The notes under the pieces are model-generated. The model saw only the letters and a list, made by a program, of their open reading frames with translations, was not told the origin of the DNA and searched no databases. A stretch of DNA of 64,000 bases from Blasia pusilla (Eukaryota), in assembly GCA_050084515.1 (NCBI GenBank), contig CM114271.1, forward strand, positions 39,184,001 to 39,248,000, written 5' to 3'. Both the position numbers and the translations under genes were made by a program. Position 1 is the stretch's first letter. Each line of letters opens with the position of its first letter. Positions 38,267-50,874 of this stretch are shown piece after piece.

Positions 38267-38476
38267 CTAGTCGATGCCCATTCTATGAACGGTTGATAAC
38301 AATTTTTTAAATACCTCAGATCCTTATTTCCCTTCTTCGTTTAATTTAATTGTCTCTCCTTAATTAAACTCCCTCTCTTAAAGTGACATGTGTCAACGCC
38401 ATAAGAACCTTTAGAAAATATGTATCAACAACTAAAGAGGATTTCTTTTAACCCCATCCTCTTTTAATTCTATAGA
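38267..38476 (-). mobile_element. Short non-autonomous Helitron (210 bp)
   Basis: Minus strand begins A|TCTATAG... and ends with hairpin CCGTTC-ATA-GAATGG then GCATCGACTAG|T (5' TC, 3' CTAG, A|T insertion). Its 5' part is homologous to ~54420-54522. Confidence 0.65.
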
Positions 38477-40091
38477 TGTTATAATTTAGTAGAGATGCAC
38501 AAGAAAAAAATCTCTATTTATTCACTACATAGAAACTAATTCATGTTATGGATTGGTTTAGAGCCTATATGAACTTTACAAAGATGTAATAATTATATAT
38601 TAATTGAAATACACAATTAAAATGTTTCGTAGCCTAATGCGAATGAGAATTAAACTAGAATGTAAATAAAATTCCTGATATTTTGTATGAATCTAGGAAT
38701 GGAGACTACAAATATCTAAGATACCAAACTAAGTTACTTAATAGTGAATTTTTTAATGTTTTTGTTAGTAGCCTATGTACTTAAAATCTAAAATAATTAA
38801 TATTACGATGTGGTGGCTCACTCTTTGAGCACTGCGCATAATATGTACTTGCACGCATACCACAAAATATGAGGTCTAAGTTGGGCCTTCCTTTTAGTAA
38901 GCCTCTTATAATTTTCCTCACCCTCTTCCCTACGGCATGCCTAACAAGCCTCTCTCTCAACCGCTTGGTGGTTTACCACTTTGCAAAAACCTCTCTAAAC
39001 ATAGCCACCAATCCACATCTACCACCAAAGATTCCAGTAAGTACCCATGTGATGCAAGATACGTACTATTTTAATGCAAGTCTCAAAAAAACCCAACAAT
39101 AATCTAGATTACCATGCCAAAAATATAAATACTCTGGGGAGAATTTGAACCCTAGAGACTCCACATCCCCGACCTCTTACATAGATGACATAAGCTCCAG
39201 AGAAAAAAAAATTCTTGTTTGCCATGCCCTTTGGTTAAGAATTTGGCAACAAATTGAGGCAAGCCTTTGAGAAGGGGAGAAAAAAAACTCTTTCACGGAA
39301 ACCCCTTTACCATTTTTTATTTAAAAATAGGCCCTATAATTTGGATGTGAAGGTGCTTGTTGGACACAATGTTAATATGCACTCGTAACATGGTTTGTGT
39401 GATGCATAAAAATGATTATATTCAAAAAAAATCCATGAAATTATTTCTAGCACAAATGCAAATAACTTTAAATTCCATTCTAACAAAAAGCTAAAAATGA
39501 AATCCATAAGTACTATCTCTAATCCCCAAGTCAAACTTGTAAAGATGTATAATTCCTAGGCATGCAATGAGTGGTAATTATCCCACTCCACTTCATTATG
39601 CAATAACACTCTTCCTACTCCAATGAAATCCATTCTTGATAGTTGAAAATTCAATCACGAATTAATATTGTTTGAAAAGGCAAGATGGTGCCCACTTATA
39701 ATATTATATATTTATACCATTAGAAATTTGCTCATGCCATCATTGCTATGGAAGGATGAAAAACATGAAGCTCATAAATTATTAATTCATGGTCAATCAC
39801 TTCAAACTATATAATTTCTATTCCACAACAAATCATGTGCATTCACAAATAATTGCTCACTTGTGTCTTCACAAAGTCGCATATTGTGTCTCTTTTACAA
39901 CTCACAACTTTAATTGTTTGACATCCATATTGTAGTTCATACAAAGTTATAACTTACTTATAAATGCATTATGGCATCTCATATGTGATATAATTCCCCT
40001 CACTTGATCCCAATCATGACACTCATTAGAAAAGGGTGTAGGATATAAGGGTTCAGAATGAGGGGGTAATTAATCCCCCTTCCGCCCTGAA

Positions 40092-40302
40092 GGACCTGGT
40101 CCTATTCGGCCGAGATCTTCGGGACGTCATCGGGACCCAGCCCAACGGTTTTGGATCTTGGTTGATCCAACGAATGAGATTCTCAAACTTCAACAGAATT
40201 CGCACCCTTGGAACGGAGAGCTCAAGCATGTGCGACTTTGCTAGAAGAAAGTAACGAAGGTCGCTCCGACTGACAGGGAACCGGCCCCATGGGACCAGGT
40301 CC
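40092..40302. mobile_element. Tourist/PIF-Harbinger-like MITE
   Basis: TIRs GGACCTGGTCCTAT / ATGGGACCAGGTCC; flanks GAA / TAA (TAA-type TSD with one mismatch). Homologous to 32517-32788. Confidence 0.7.
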
Positions 40303-43300
40303 TAAGTCCTCCTTTGTTCTGACTTTGTGCAATAATTTTATGGCTCTAGATAATTATAACCATAGCCGCAAATTCCTTCTGCCTTCATCCTTTAGTAGTC
40401 GGCGCTCATTGTTTTCTAAGTCTTTGTGTTCCAACACATACTTCAAACTTTTTCTCAGTGAAGAATGTAGAAGACTAACCAATAAATTTCTCAAATATGA
40501 ACCATAGCAAATTCGAAGACATATAATTGGGACTCTAATAATTGTGTCAATTTTTTTTAATAAGTGTATGTATGTATCGCAAACTATTTAATGTGATTAT
40601 CACCAAAAAAATATAAGGATCATCAAAAAGTACATGCATGCACTCATTGGAAATACTTCCTCGAAACCTACCATTAATGGACAACCAAATCCTCTCTCAA
40701 TAGGCGGATTTTCTTCCCCCCCCTCCAAAAAAAACACACACACCAACATACATCTCTTGCATGTTTGCCTGACAACATCGCAATAAAACTTCTTCAGCTC
40801 AATTTTCATTAAATCTCAAAACATTGCCAAACCTCAACAGGGTGGGTTGTGTATGCTTATGCCCAACCAATCTCTCTAAGTGTGACTCGAAAAAAACTGC
40901 ATCCTCCTCCAAATCCTTTTTGAAAGTTGCCCTAGGAATCATCCTTGATGGTGGCAACTCAAGTGCAACATGTGTTGGAGGCATATCTCCATGCCATCAA
41001 CTTGTCGAAATGGCACATCATTGCAAGTAGCGATTATTCACTAGTCACACTATATCATAGGCTCCATGTAAAGCGTATCTTGGTATGAGGTTATCTAAGC
41101 AAGCATAGTCTAAAAGAGAGTTGAGATGAATCTCGTAACTACCTCGCCCAACAACTACATGGCCCAGCATTGGAAAGAGAATCAGCTCATAGTTTGTCAA
41201 GAAATCCACTAAAGGGATGTTGGCCAAGTTTGTTGGGAACATGCCTCCCCCACTTTCGATTCGACCATATTCGTCTCGCCCCATTCGCATTCCCCGAAGT
41301 TAAAAATGAAGTTAAAAAAAAAAGGAACCACTAAGAGAAGAAAAATGATAGGGCTTTGACCCAAGAGAGGCAAGACAACCTAAAAATTTGCAGATTAGAA
41401 GGTAGAAAATTGAGGAGATATGAAGGGGTGTTATCTGACGACTCTTGGATTTTTTGAGTACTTTATGAGTCCTTTGCAAGTTATATCCATGATCTTTTTT
41501 ATACTCAATGGACATATCTCTAATATGTTGCATGTATGTAGTTTTCAATTTACGTACAAGAGTGTTGTTAGTGTATTCCAAGTATTACGCAAGTTGATGA
41601 TCATGGAAATGCTTTCGAGCTTTTTATGAGGCATAAATTACAGAACGCAAGATGTTAGCCTCAAGGGCATCTCAAATGATGGAGGTTATGATATGGGAGA
41701 GCATAACCAAACACATGGTGGAACTTGAGGAGTGCTCAAAATTCACAAACGCTTGACTCTAAGGAGGCTACAACCTAGCTTGGAATTTGGCTAAGTGGTG
41801 TTGTTTCTCTAATTTTGAGGTCATTAAACCTATTCCCAATACACACTTGGGTTTAATAAGATGGCATTGGAAATATTGTTACACGAAGAATTTAACACAT
41901 AAGAAAAGCTCTTAAAACTGGCCCAAAATTATTGAAATGACAAATTGGGTCAAAGCAACAAGTAGCCACCCAAGAGGAATACTTGGGAAAAAGGAAGGCT
42001 CAAAGATCTCTAGACTTGTAGATAAGAAGAAGGGTCTTTAAGGGATTTTGGATCCTAAACCTCATTTTGGGAACCATGAGGGTTGAATTATTTGGGATGG
42101 ACTTCGAGGTTGGCTTTGGGGTTTTAACACCATACCAAGTCTGGTTAGATTTATTTTGGCTCTTGACCTTAGGTATGATAGGGCACGTACATATGTTGAG
42201 TCCCAATTGGATAATGAGTCTTGTTTGATATATGATCCATTGGGTAGTTGGGACCATACGATGTGTTAGTATGGTTTCATATCTCTCGACTATTAAGGGA
42301 GTTTGTGTCAAGTTTTGTATGCTTTGCCTATGTTGGAGAATGAGGGATTAGGTCAATTTATAGGATTTTTGAGCTTTAGCGGTGACCCAAGCCCCTTGAT
42401 TGGCATACATAAGATTCATAACCCAAAATATGGCTAATATGAGAATGTTTGGATGTAGACTAGTAACAAAGGCATGACCTACTAAACGCAAACTTTCACG
42501 ACACACAAAACAAGCATTCAAGATAATAGATGTTTGACAATATATTTTTCCCTGCGTGAAATGCTATATTTTTTTCTGAATGAATACTATTGATACTTGA
42601 TCTACATATATGAAAATTGGATCTTAATTTTTAAGCCTATATTGCAAGAAGATTATTAAGACAAACTATTTAACATGTTGTCTAGTGCTCCTATCTATTC
42701 AACTTCTACTATTAATAAGGATGTAGTTGGTTATTTTTCAAAGCCTAGGTTAATTACTGCAAGACTTTTGGAAGTAGATTGTCAATCAAGGTCACTCCCC
42801 TTGCCAAATCTACAAGAAAACATTCATATAACTCAAAAGCATCAAAAGATGAACCATAAAGTCCAAATTGAATTATGATCACATGCTCTAAATTGCATCA
42901 ACATAATGTTTATGGGATGATTGCTTAAGTTGACCTATTGGACCAACTACATCATTTAGATTTGGTCTTATGATAGTGAAGTAAATAAAGTTCCATAAGT
43001 GATATGTGTTGGGATTACTTATCTAATGAATTTCGTTTGATCTAAGCTTCACATTTGGCACACTCTTAAGTTGGGATCATGCTCACAAGAGTGACGTTCT
43101 CATGTATAAAGATTGACACTATTCCATGCACGATTCCCTCACTCGTGTTGATCTTTATATAACGCGGGAAACCTATGTTGTATTGATAAATCATGCACGG
43201 GAGACAGATCAAGCACATCAAGTGACACAAGCAAGATTGCTACAAGGAGTGATGACAACATCGGTGTGAAGTTGACTTCACAAAGCACATTGATTCATCC

Positions 43301-43335
43301 CTCTAGCCATTGAGATATATAGGGCTATGGGGAGA

Positions 43336-43643
43336 GGTTTGACTTATTCCTCAAGGACGATGCTCATCATCTCCATTCGAGAGACGAATTTTCTTTAGCT
43401 ATAGTGATTATTTATTATAAGGAGAGGGTCTCCATAAGTTTGCAACTTGCCCAAGCTAGTGGGCTTTTAAGGAGGGCTCATCCCGTGGGAGACGCCATTG
43501 CTAGAGACCCTTTTAGTAGTAGTCATGTTTCTCTAGACATAATTGATATTATCTTTGTTGTTGGTGAATTTGGCTTGTAGGGAGGCACCCCCTATTTTTA
43601 GTGGCCTTGGCGTCATTGACTCCATGAGTCCTCCTTTTTGTAC
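43336..43643. repeat. Dispersed repeat, copy of 1-277
   Basis: Same colinear blocks as the 1-277 copy. Confidence 0.7.
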
Positions 43644-43666
43644 CAAGGGGGTAGGTCAAGAATAAT

Positions 43667-44125
43667 GAAGTCTATGGCGCCCACGCTAGCAAGCAATCGA
43701 GAAGCCAGTCATTGATCTCGGGTCTAAGGAGGAAAGACCTTAGTATGGCCCCCAAAGTCGAAACCTAGACTAAGCAAGGCGTTGGAACCAACCACCGGAC
43801 TAACGTCAGGTGAGATGCGCACGTGTCTTTTGAGGAGCCTTAGGTGAGAAAGGAGCGCAACTATTGGCGGGGATAAAGGCAAGCCCAGCAAGGTTTGAGA
43901 CCTTGGAGTCAACCACCAAATAAAGGGCGAGAAGCGAGTAACACGTGTGTAGTGAAGATGGGCGAGACGCCACGAGACTAGTCACGAAATGCAAAGGGCG
44001 ACAAGACAACCACGATACACCAAATGGGGCGTCAAGATGGCCACTAGCCATGAGACACATGAAACGTAGGTTCAAGCTCCAAGATGCGTTCGGGAAGCCG
44101 AGACAATTGCATAAGTTGCAAGTGG
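43667..44125. repeat. Dispersed repeat (LTR-like); inverted homolog at ~62885-63308
   Basis: Similarity is visible in spurious translations: RFMCLMASGHLDAPFGVSWLSCRPL (minus here) vs RFVCLMASAHLDSLFRVSWLSCCPL (plus at 62.9 kb). Confidence 0.75.
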
Positions 44126-44728
44126 AAGATGGACTCTACTACATGATTGTTATTTTATACTTCATATGGGTTCCCATCACCAATTTGTGCAAGCCTTGTT
44201 ATACATTGTCTTCCATTTCATTTCGAGAAGGACTTCCATACACAAGGGCACACTTATCCTCGTTCCTTATGAGTAAACTAGTTGTCCTTTATTTGTCTAG
44301 TTGGGGAAGCGATGGACTAACCCTTTTATTGACATCCTCATGTATTAACCCAAGATCACTATTTTCAACAAAATTAGTAAGGTGCCCGCCTTACAAGTGT
44401 AAAGCTAGTGAAAGGAAGAGATTAATGATGGTGGTAACACAAGTTCAAATCAAAGAATAAACGTCCCACGCCGCCGGAAAGTTTATGATCGGTTGTATGT
44501 GAGCTTCCATCGTGAACGTCTACCGGATGTTCTTAAAAAAGACGTTCGTTCTCTTACGAAGAGGACAAGGGACGCAGGAGCGAGGCCGGGGAATCCCTTG
44601 TAGCGAGCGGAACGGAGCGCAGAAGAGCGAGCGGAGCGATACGATGCAGATTATGGAAGAAGCAGAAGTTCGTTCGGCTCCAGAGAAGCGCTTAGACGCA
44701 TTCGAAGCTCTCTCACCTGTGGAGCGCG

Positions 44729-47700
44729 ATGGCTATGGCATCAGCAGCAGCCTCGGTCTCGATAGCGTCTTGTAAAATCTCTGTAGCGAGCGCTGCTCTG
44801 CGGCCCTGCTCGAGCTCGTGCCGGAGGCTCTCTGTGGGCAAGCATTCCATCGACAACCAATGGACGTTGAATTTGAATGGGGAGCGAAGGGCGAAGGTGA
44901 GCGAGGGTCGTCGTCAATTGTGTCGATGGCTTTGGGGACGGGAGGCTTTCATTATGTTATGGCGATAGTTACGGAGACTGGTTGACGTTGTTTAGCTTAG
45001 CCGGTCGGAATGATAGCACGCATGCCTGTGCCGTGGAGCGAATTGCATTCCGTTGTACTGTGGTGTTGATGTTTGAATTTGGAGTCCGAGAAGAGTTCGT
45101 AAACGCCATGGTCAGATCCTCAATTTTTTTCCCATCCATTTGATCCCGGCGTGCGGAAATTCTCTAATGCTGCTCGAGGAGGTGAATTGATTCGGCTGGC
45201 GCCGCTTACGCGTCCGTCGAGAAAGCTTCCTAGTCTTTCAAGACATGGAAAGCCTCTCTCCGACGGTTCTTGAGAGAGCACAGGCATGTCTGGAAGGTTT
45301 CCGGCCAGATTTTCAGCAGGCTGCATCTTGGTCAAGTGCAACGCCATTGGAGTAGTCGACCCGCAGGAAAGAATTTTGGTGTAGTGCAGAGAGAAATATT
45401 TGGTCGTGCCGCCGCAGATTTGGGGACTTTCTCTGACAAATCAGCAGAAAGTGTCAATTGATCATGTGAGGTCCGTAAAATTGAAAGTATCTGTGCACTG
45501 TGTGTCCCAGACATGTCGGAGTCAAGGTTTGGATCGTCACATAGCACACAAAAGCTGCACGTTTATTTTGGAATGTTAATTGCGTACAATCGAAAGAATG
45601 TGTGCACCGTGTGTTTGCCACATTTGTGGTAACACGGGCTTTGATCTTGAGACAGAGCACAAGAGCTGCACAACAGTGTTGGAAGTGTTAGCAACAGAGC
45701 ATGGGCAGTAGCATATTATACAGGATTTGCAAGACGTTTAACAGATTCTGTCTTTGGACTGCAGAGATTAGAGAATTGGCATGTAGCAGCTGCTGAAGAT
45801 TCGGCACCTCCCCCACCTCCTTCCGCTACACCGACACCGACACCGACACCCAGTACTCCTGTCGAGCCGAGGCCAACTTTCAGCAGTACGTACGCCCTCC
45901 TGACTCGCGTCTTCGTAATTGGGAAGGATATTTCTCTCTCGCTTTTTTCGACGGTAGACTGTGCAACATGGGCTGTGCTGGAATATGCAGGTGACACCTG
46001 CTGTCCAGGCGATAAGGATTGTACTACTGTTGAATTCTGAAGTCTGTCTGAATGCTCAAGGGTATCAGCCCTCATTTTAGGCTCAACTTCCAGCCTGCAG
46101 TAAAACTTTACATCAACTACACTAGCGGCATCCATGGCACTGCCAGTCTTGGGGAGACTATCCCCTCCACCATTCTGCTTTCTTGTTGTTCTAAGCTAGT
46201 AGATTAATCACTGCTCACGTCCAAGTACACATCGTCCTGGGAGTCTTTTATCAGGTTTGCACCCTTCCTGCTTCCGCCTCTCGCCCTCAGGAGTTCATTT
46301 TTAATCCATCTCCCCGATCTCCGCATCTGCAGCCTCAGAAAACTCTTCAGAATCGTAGCTACTATCAGAGTCCTGCTTACTGCTTACACTCCTTCTTTAC
46401 TTCGTCAGTTTATGCTAAATAATTGCCTCCCTAGTTGCAAACGAGATCGTGAAGTAACAGTGGACATAATGCTATATGTCCATTGACCTTCTTACATGTG
46501 AGACTACCTTCCATTCTTCCAATGCCCATGTGTTGAGATCGAGTTTGTCTAGCCACCTTCGAATTGCGCACCAAGAAACCTTACTCACAAGTTTGCTTTC
46601 CCTGCAGTGAAGAAGGGTCAAATCGTACGGGTCGAGAAGGAAAAGTACTTGCAGAGTGTGGAGGTAAGTGTGAGGTCGGACCTGTACTTCGGAATTTGGC
46701 GATCAGTGGCTCAAAGTTGCACTCGCAAGTGACATACGATAAAAACTAGTTTTTTGTGTCCCCCGCAGTACCTGGCAGTTGGACATCCGACTTACTTCAA
46801 GGGCCTAGACTACATCTATGAGGATCGTGGTGAGGTACGTGACGCCATTTAGCTGATTTGCTGTACTACTCACCGATCTTGTGATTTCGGCCCTGTTCAG
46901 TCCCTCCTTCAGGAATAAAATCTGTGTTTTATTGCCTCCTTAGTGGTGCATTAATTTTATGAGCCTTAGTCAGAGGAGCATGCATGTGTCCGGAAGAGTC
47001 CAAACTTGGACTGATCTGAATAAGTTCCGCGGTTCACCATAAAATGGCCGCTGGATTTGGTGGCCTGGTGCAGGTACTGGACATTCGGAATTTTGAGGCT
47101 GGCGAGTATGCTCTGGTACGAGTCTGTTAGTGTTGTGTGGGTAATGAGCACAGGAAATTCTGTGTTCGGTGAAGATCTTCGCAGCTTGTCATTTACCTTT
47201 AAATGCACAATATCATGAGGATGTACGCGCTGTAAAGAACCGTGATTTTTAGCACCGATCGTCATGCTGGGATTGGTCGGACTACTAATTCAGCTCTTTC
47301 TGAGCTCTCTCTGTTTGTAGGTTTGTTTCCGTGCTATGCTAACTTTGGAATTCCATTTCTAATCTCAAAACCGTAGATGCAGAGTCTGAGTAGATTTTCT
47401 TGAGTTTCTGATTTACATCGTACTGTGCTGTACCAGATATCATGGGCAGGCATTTCAACAGCACCAGCCTGGCTTCCCACCTACATGCTCATCAAGGTCA
47501 GTGTTTGTCATTTCACGAAGGTCTCTCCTTCAGTACCCTTAGGTGTGTTCACAAATGCTGCTCTTAATCCAGTTCCGGCTGTTCATGGATTCAGTGGCAG
47601 TAGAAACTGCATGGGCTCTGAACTCCCGCTACGAATGTTTTGTGCGAGAATTGGGCGGTATGTTCTAGTGCAAACGTCTGAACTCTGAGGGTGTGGCTGG

Positions 47701-47735
47701 TGCAGTCTGACAAATTATCTTACAAGCGGACATAG
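44729..47735 (+). CDS. ndhO: Chloroplast NAD(P)H dehydrogenase-like complex subunit O, 180 aa with transit peptide; exons 44729-44896, 45765-45885, 46608-46663, 46769-46834, 47074-47115, 47437-47496, 47706-47735
   Basis: Spliced product has a Ser/Ala-rich transit peptide MAMASAAASVSIASCK..., then MKKGQIVRVEKEKYLQSVEYLAVGHPTYFKGLDYIYEDRGEVLDIRNFEAGEYALISWAGISTAPAWLPTYMLIKSDKLSYKRT, matching the NdhO family. All six introns are GT-AG and in phase (543 nt). Confidence 0.95.
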
Positions 47736-49355
47736 GTTCATGTCGTCTTCTCCTCGGGTTCAGCGAGGACTTGAATTCGAGACTTATCTGACTGCATCCA
47801 ATCCGAGCATACCTGAGAAGTCGTGTAATATGGTTCCATCTAGATCAAAGTTCACGCTCCCAACGCGACGACATCATGTATAAGATTCTCTCGAATTAGG
47901 ACGTTGAAGAAAGATTTAGTTGGTTAGACAGAGCCTGTCGAACTCGGTCTAGCAAAGAAACTGCAGGGAAACCTCAAAGAGGGGTTTGTATGTGACGTCC
48001 TCGATCCTTATGCTGGTTAGGTAACATGGTATACGTGTGTGTATATAATAATGGCCTTGCTGCAATCACTTCGCTGTCCAGTTGCTGAGTTCTGCCGGAC
48101 ATTTTAGACCATGGGTGGTTCGTTTGACCCATCCTCTGCAAAAATGCATCCCACCACAACCATCAACAGAGCACGTATCAATGATGTATGAAAGGTAGAG
48201 ACATCCGTGGGAGAAAGTTACATGAACGTTACGAGTCGCTTGTGCTTCCCTCCTCTAGCCGACGGGTAGCCTGCGATAGGGAAATTACACGTGTGTAACT
48301 ACGAATTGGATTGGATTGGGGCGAAGACGGAAATGTAGGGAGTGAGCAAACATATTTATCGCACATCTCGCGAATTTGTGTAGCATGGTCATATGAGAGT
48401 GGGAGATGGAATCACACCCGTCGTCTTTAAAGAGTTTGTTTGGACTAATAATCCAACAAAGAAAGTAGATGGGTGTCGAATTCGCAATGGATTGCTGCTA
48501 ACGGCGAATGTCCATAGAACTTCCAGGCTAGACCGCTCGTCTCCTCATAGTTTGGTGCCCAGTCTCGTACATAGCACGGGGTGGAGGAAAGAGTAGTTTG
48601 GAAGAGAGTAGATTTTCCTCGGATTTGCGGAGTTGCTGGACCGTCTAGAACATCGTATGTCTCATGCCACATAGTCTTCCTTCCGGCGTACATGACGGCC
48701 ATACCTATGTCGGTTTCGCGGCTTGGAATTTCGCATCCCATGTCTGACGTGATTCAGCATTGATTCCTTTTGGGAAGAGACTGAAACCGAAAGTGGAACA
48801 CTGGCCGTCGGGTACTTGCTTTGCCTGCCAGCCACTCCACCTTTAAAGGAAGTAAAATTGTCGCTATCCCGAAAAGCGGAGGACAATGCTTGGCCCAGCA
48901 CCACATGACGATGCCCCTCCTGCTCAGGTCAGACGGGCAAAAAACAGTCCTCGCATTGAGTAATGGGAAAAGACTTTTCTCTGGGAACTGAGTTACTGAT
49001 TCTCCGCCGTGGTGCGCATGAACTGTCCGTCTCTCGTCTTCAGCGGTGTCTTTCAACTCTCGGAGGGTTAATGGCCGAGAGAACGGACTGTTCCAAACAA
49101 GTGATCCCCGGAAGAGGGATAAATCCTCTCGTCCATTCGCAGCTGCAGGTTCAACGTTGACAGACGTGTTTTATCATAAGGGAGAAGGCACAACGGCGGT
49201 TGGAAAAGTTGAACACCTTCATTTCGCATACGCAGCTTCTAGATGCATGAACCAGTCAACATGTTAACCACACCCACGGCCCCTTTACAAAAGGGTACTT
49301 CTCGAAATGTGGACGCGAAATCGGCTCTGAATTTGTGCTCGCAACTGTTGAGGAG

Positions 49356-50861
49356 TTAGTCAATCTGTGCAGGTCGAGGCTGCCACGCGTGATTACGACC
49401 CATGACAAGTATGCGCATGTTGCGTGCGACACTCTTGATCAGCTCACAGTTGGATCCATCGTTGCGGTTGAAATTCAGTTGCACTAAAGTTGGGTGGATG
49501 CGCGAGGGTCCTGGATGCTCCAGAACCCTCTGCTCCAGATCTGTACACTGATCGGCGTGAAATTCATAATACAGTGTCCGGCGATCACTGGGTTCACACC
49601 TCCAATGTCCCTTGCTACCTCGACGACATGAGAAGAGACGCTTGATTATTGTAGCGGAGAGTAAGAAAACACCATCCAGAAGTTCCTCCCCAATTCCCAA
49701 GATCCGGAACTGTCAGTCACATGTATGAGACTGTTTTATAAGTGGAACATATAGGACAATCGGTAATTGTCATGCTAAACAAGCGGATAGTTTCGGGGTC
49801 CATCCGCAGGGTTTAGGAGGTGTTTTCGCGTTAAGGACACCGACATCTGCACATGTAGGTCCTCGGGTAGACAAGGAGGGATAAGTGCATCGTTTCGGAG
49901 TTCAAACTCGGCTCAAGGCTGATTACGTCCGCCTTGGTTACGTCCTAGGATTTCAGGACGTGTGCTTCGCGACCGATAGCCATTCAACGATGACACCATC
50001 TCAACTGGTTTCCCCATTCTGGTAATAGAGAGTTCGTCAGAGATCACATTCATCAAACGCCAGTTAACGGATTGAAATATAGTATCCGCTAGAATGGGGA
50101 ATGTGCGTGTAATTTTGGGTGTGAAATGGCATCGTTGAATGGCTATGCGTCACTAAGCACACGTTCTGAAGTATGAATTGAACTAAATGTGAAGAAATGT
50201 TTTCTGGCCTTGCAACCTGCCAGACGATGCATAGAGTTAATGCACTTTTGCTTCATTGATCGAGGCCATACCTACTCCTTCCAAATTTCTAGTGACACAT
50301 ATACATGGATAGCAGCGATGCAGTGGCAAAAAATTGGCCAATTAATCTTAACACGTGAAGAACTTATACCGAGAAAGATAGAAGCGATGTGAGGCTTCAA
50401 CCGGAGAGGGAGAAGATTGCTTTCTTTCAGGAAGACATTTGTTGCTCTAATAATATGGATGGAAAGTAAAATTGCAGAGGTATGACATGTGATAACCCGA
50501 TGTCAAGCCCTTCAATCCACATACGACAATTGGAGACCTGCTGTGGAGCAAGGATTCAAATGACAGTCAATTGAAAAGACTCGAGAATCAAACGTGGACC
50601 ACGTTAGGATACACTGAACAAGTTCGAAGTGGTCCTTAATTGTGTGAGAAGGGTCGTGCACATGTTTGTATCTACAAACGCTATGATGAGGGTTTGGTCA
50701 GACGCATTAGAAACGAGGAGCTTGTTCAAACTTCAAAACGTCTAATAGAGTTATGCATCCGAAGGTGTATATCATTCAGCTCAAGCGTTTCCACAGAGTA
50801 TTCCCTATAAAATTACCTGTGACATTTCGACATCCAAAAGATCTTGGTCAAGCGTCACCAT
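49356..50861 (-). CDS. Tentative two-exon orphan ORF, 132 aa (50861-50817, 49709-49356); may instead be a non-coding or pri-miRNA transcript
   Basis: Good splice consensus (TTTTCAG| ...CACAG|GTAATT; CTGACAG|) joins MVTLDQDLLDVEMSQ in phase to FRILGIGEELLDG...PAQID. No homology recognised. Confidence 0.25.
49952..50170. ncRNA. miRNA-precursor-like hairpin
   Basis: 41-nt arms 49952-49992 and 50130-50170 are complementary at 36/41 positions. Inner stem TTCCCCATTCT (50010-50020) / AGAATGGGGAA (50091-50101). No TSD seen. Confidence 0.5.
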
Positions 50862-50874
50862 AAATCTGAAAACA

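Noticed and set aside
40500-42400. LINE-like relic
   Set aside because: Coding-like decay is visible but no diagnostic RT/endonuclease motif could be read; left unclassified.
49868-49888. AGGAGGGATA resembling a miR390 site (TAS3-like locus)
   Set aside because: Three consecutive mismatches in the seed region, no second site and no tasiR-ARF sequence seen.
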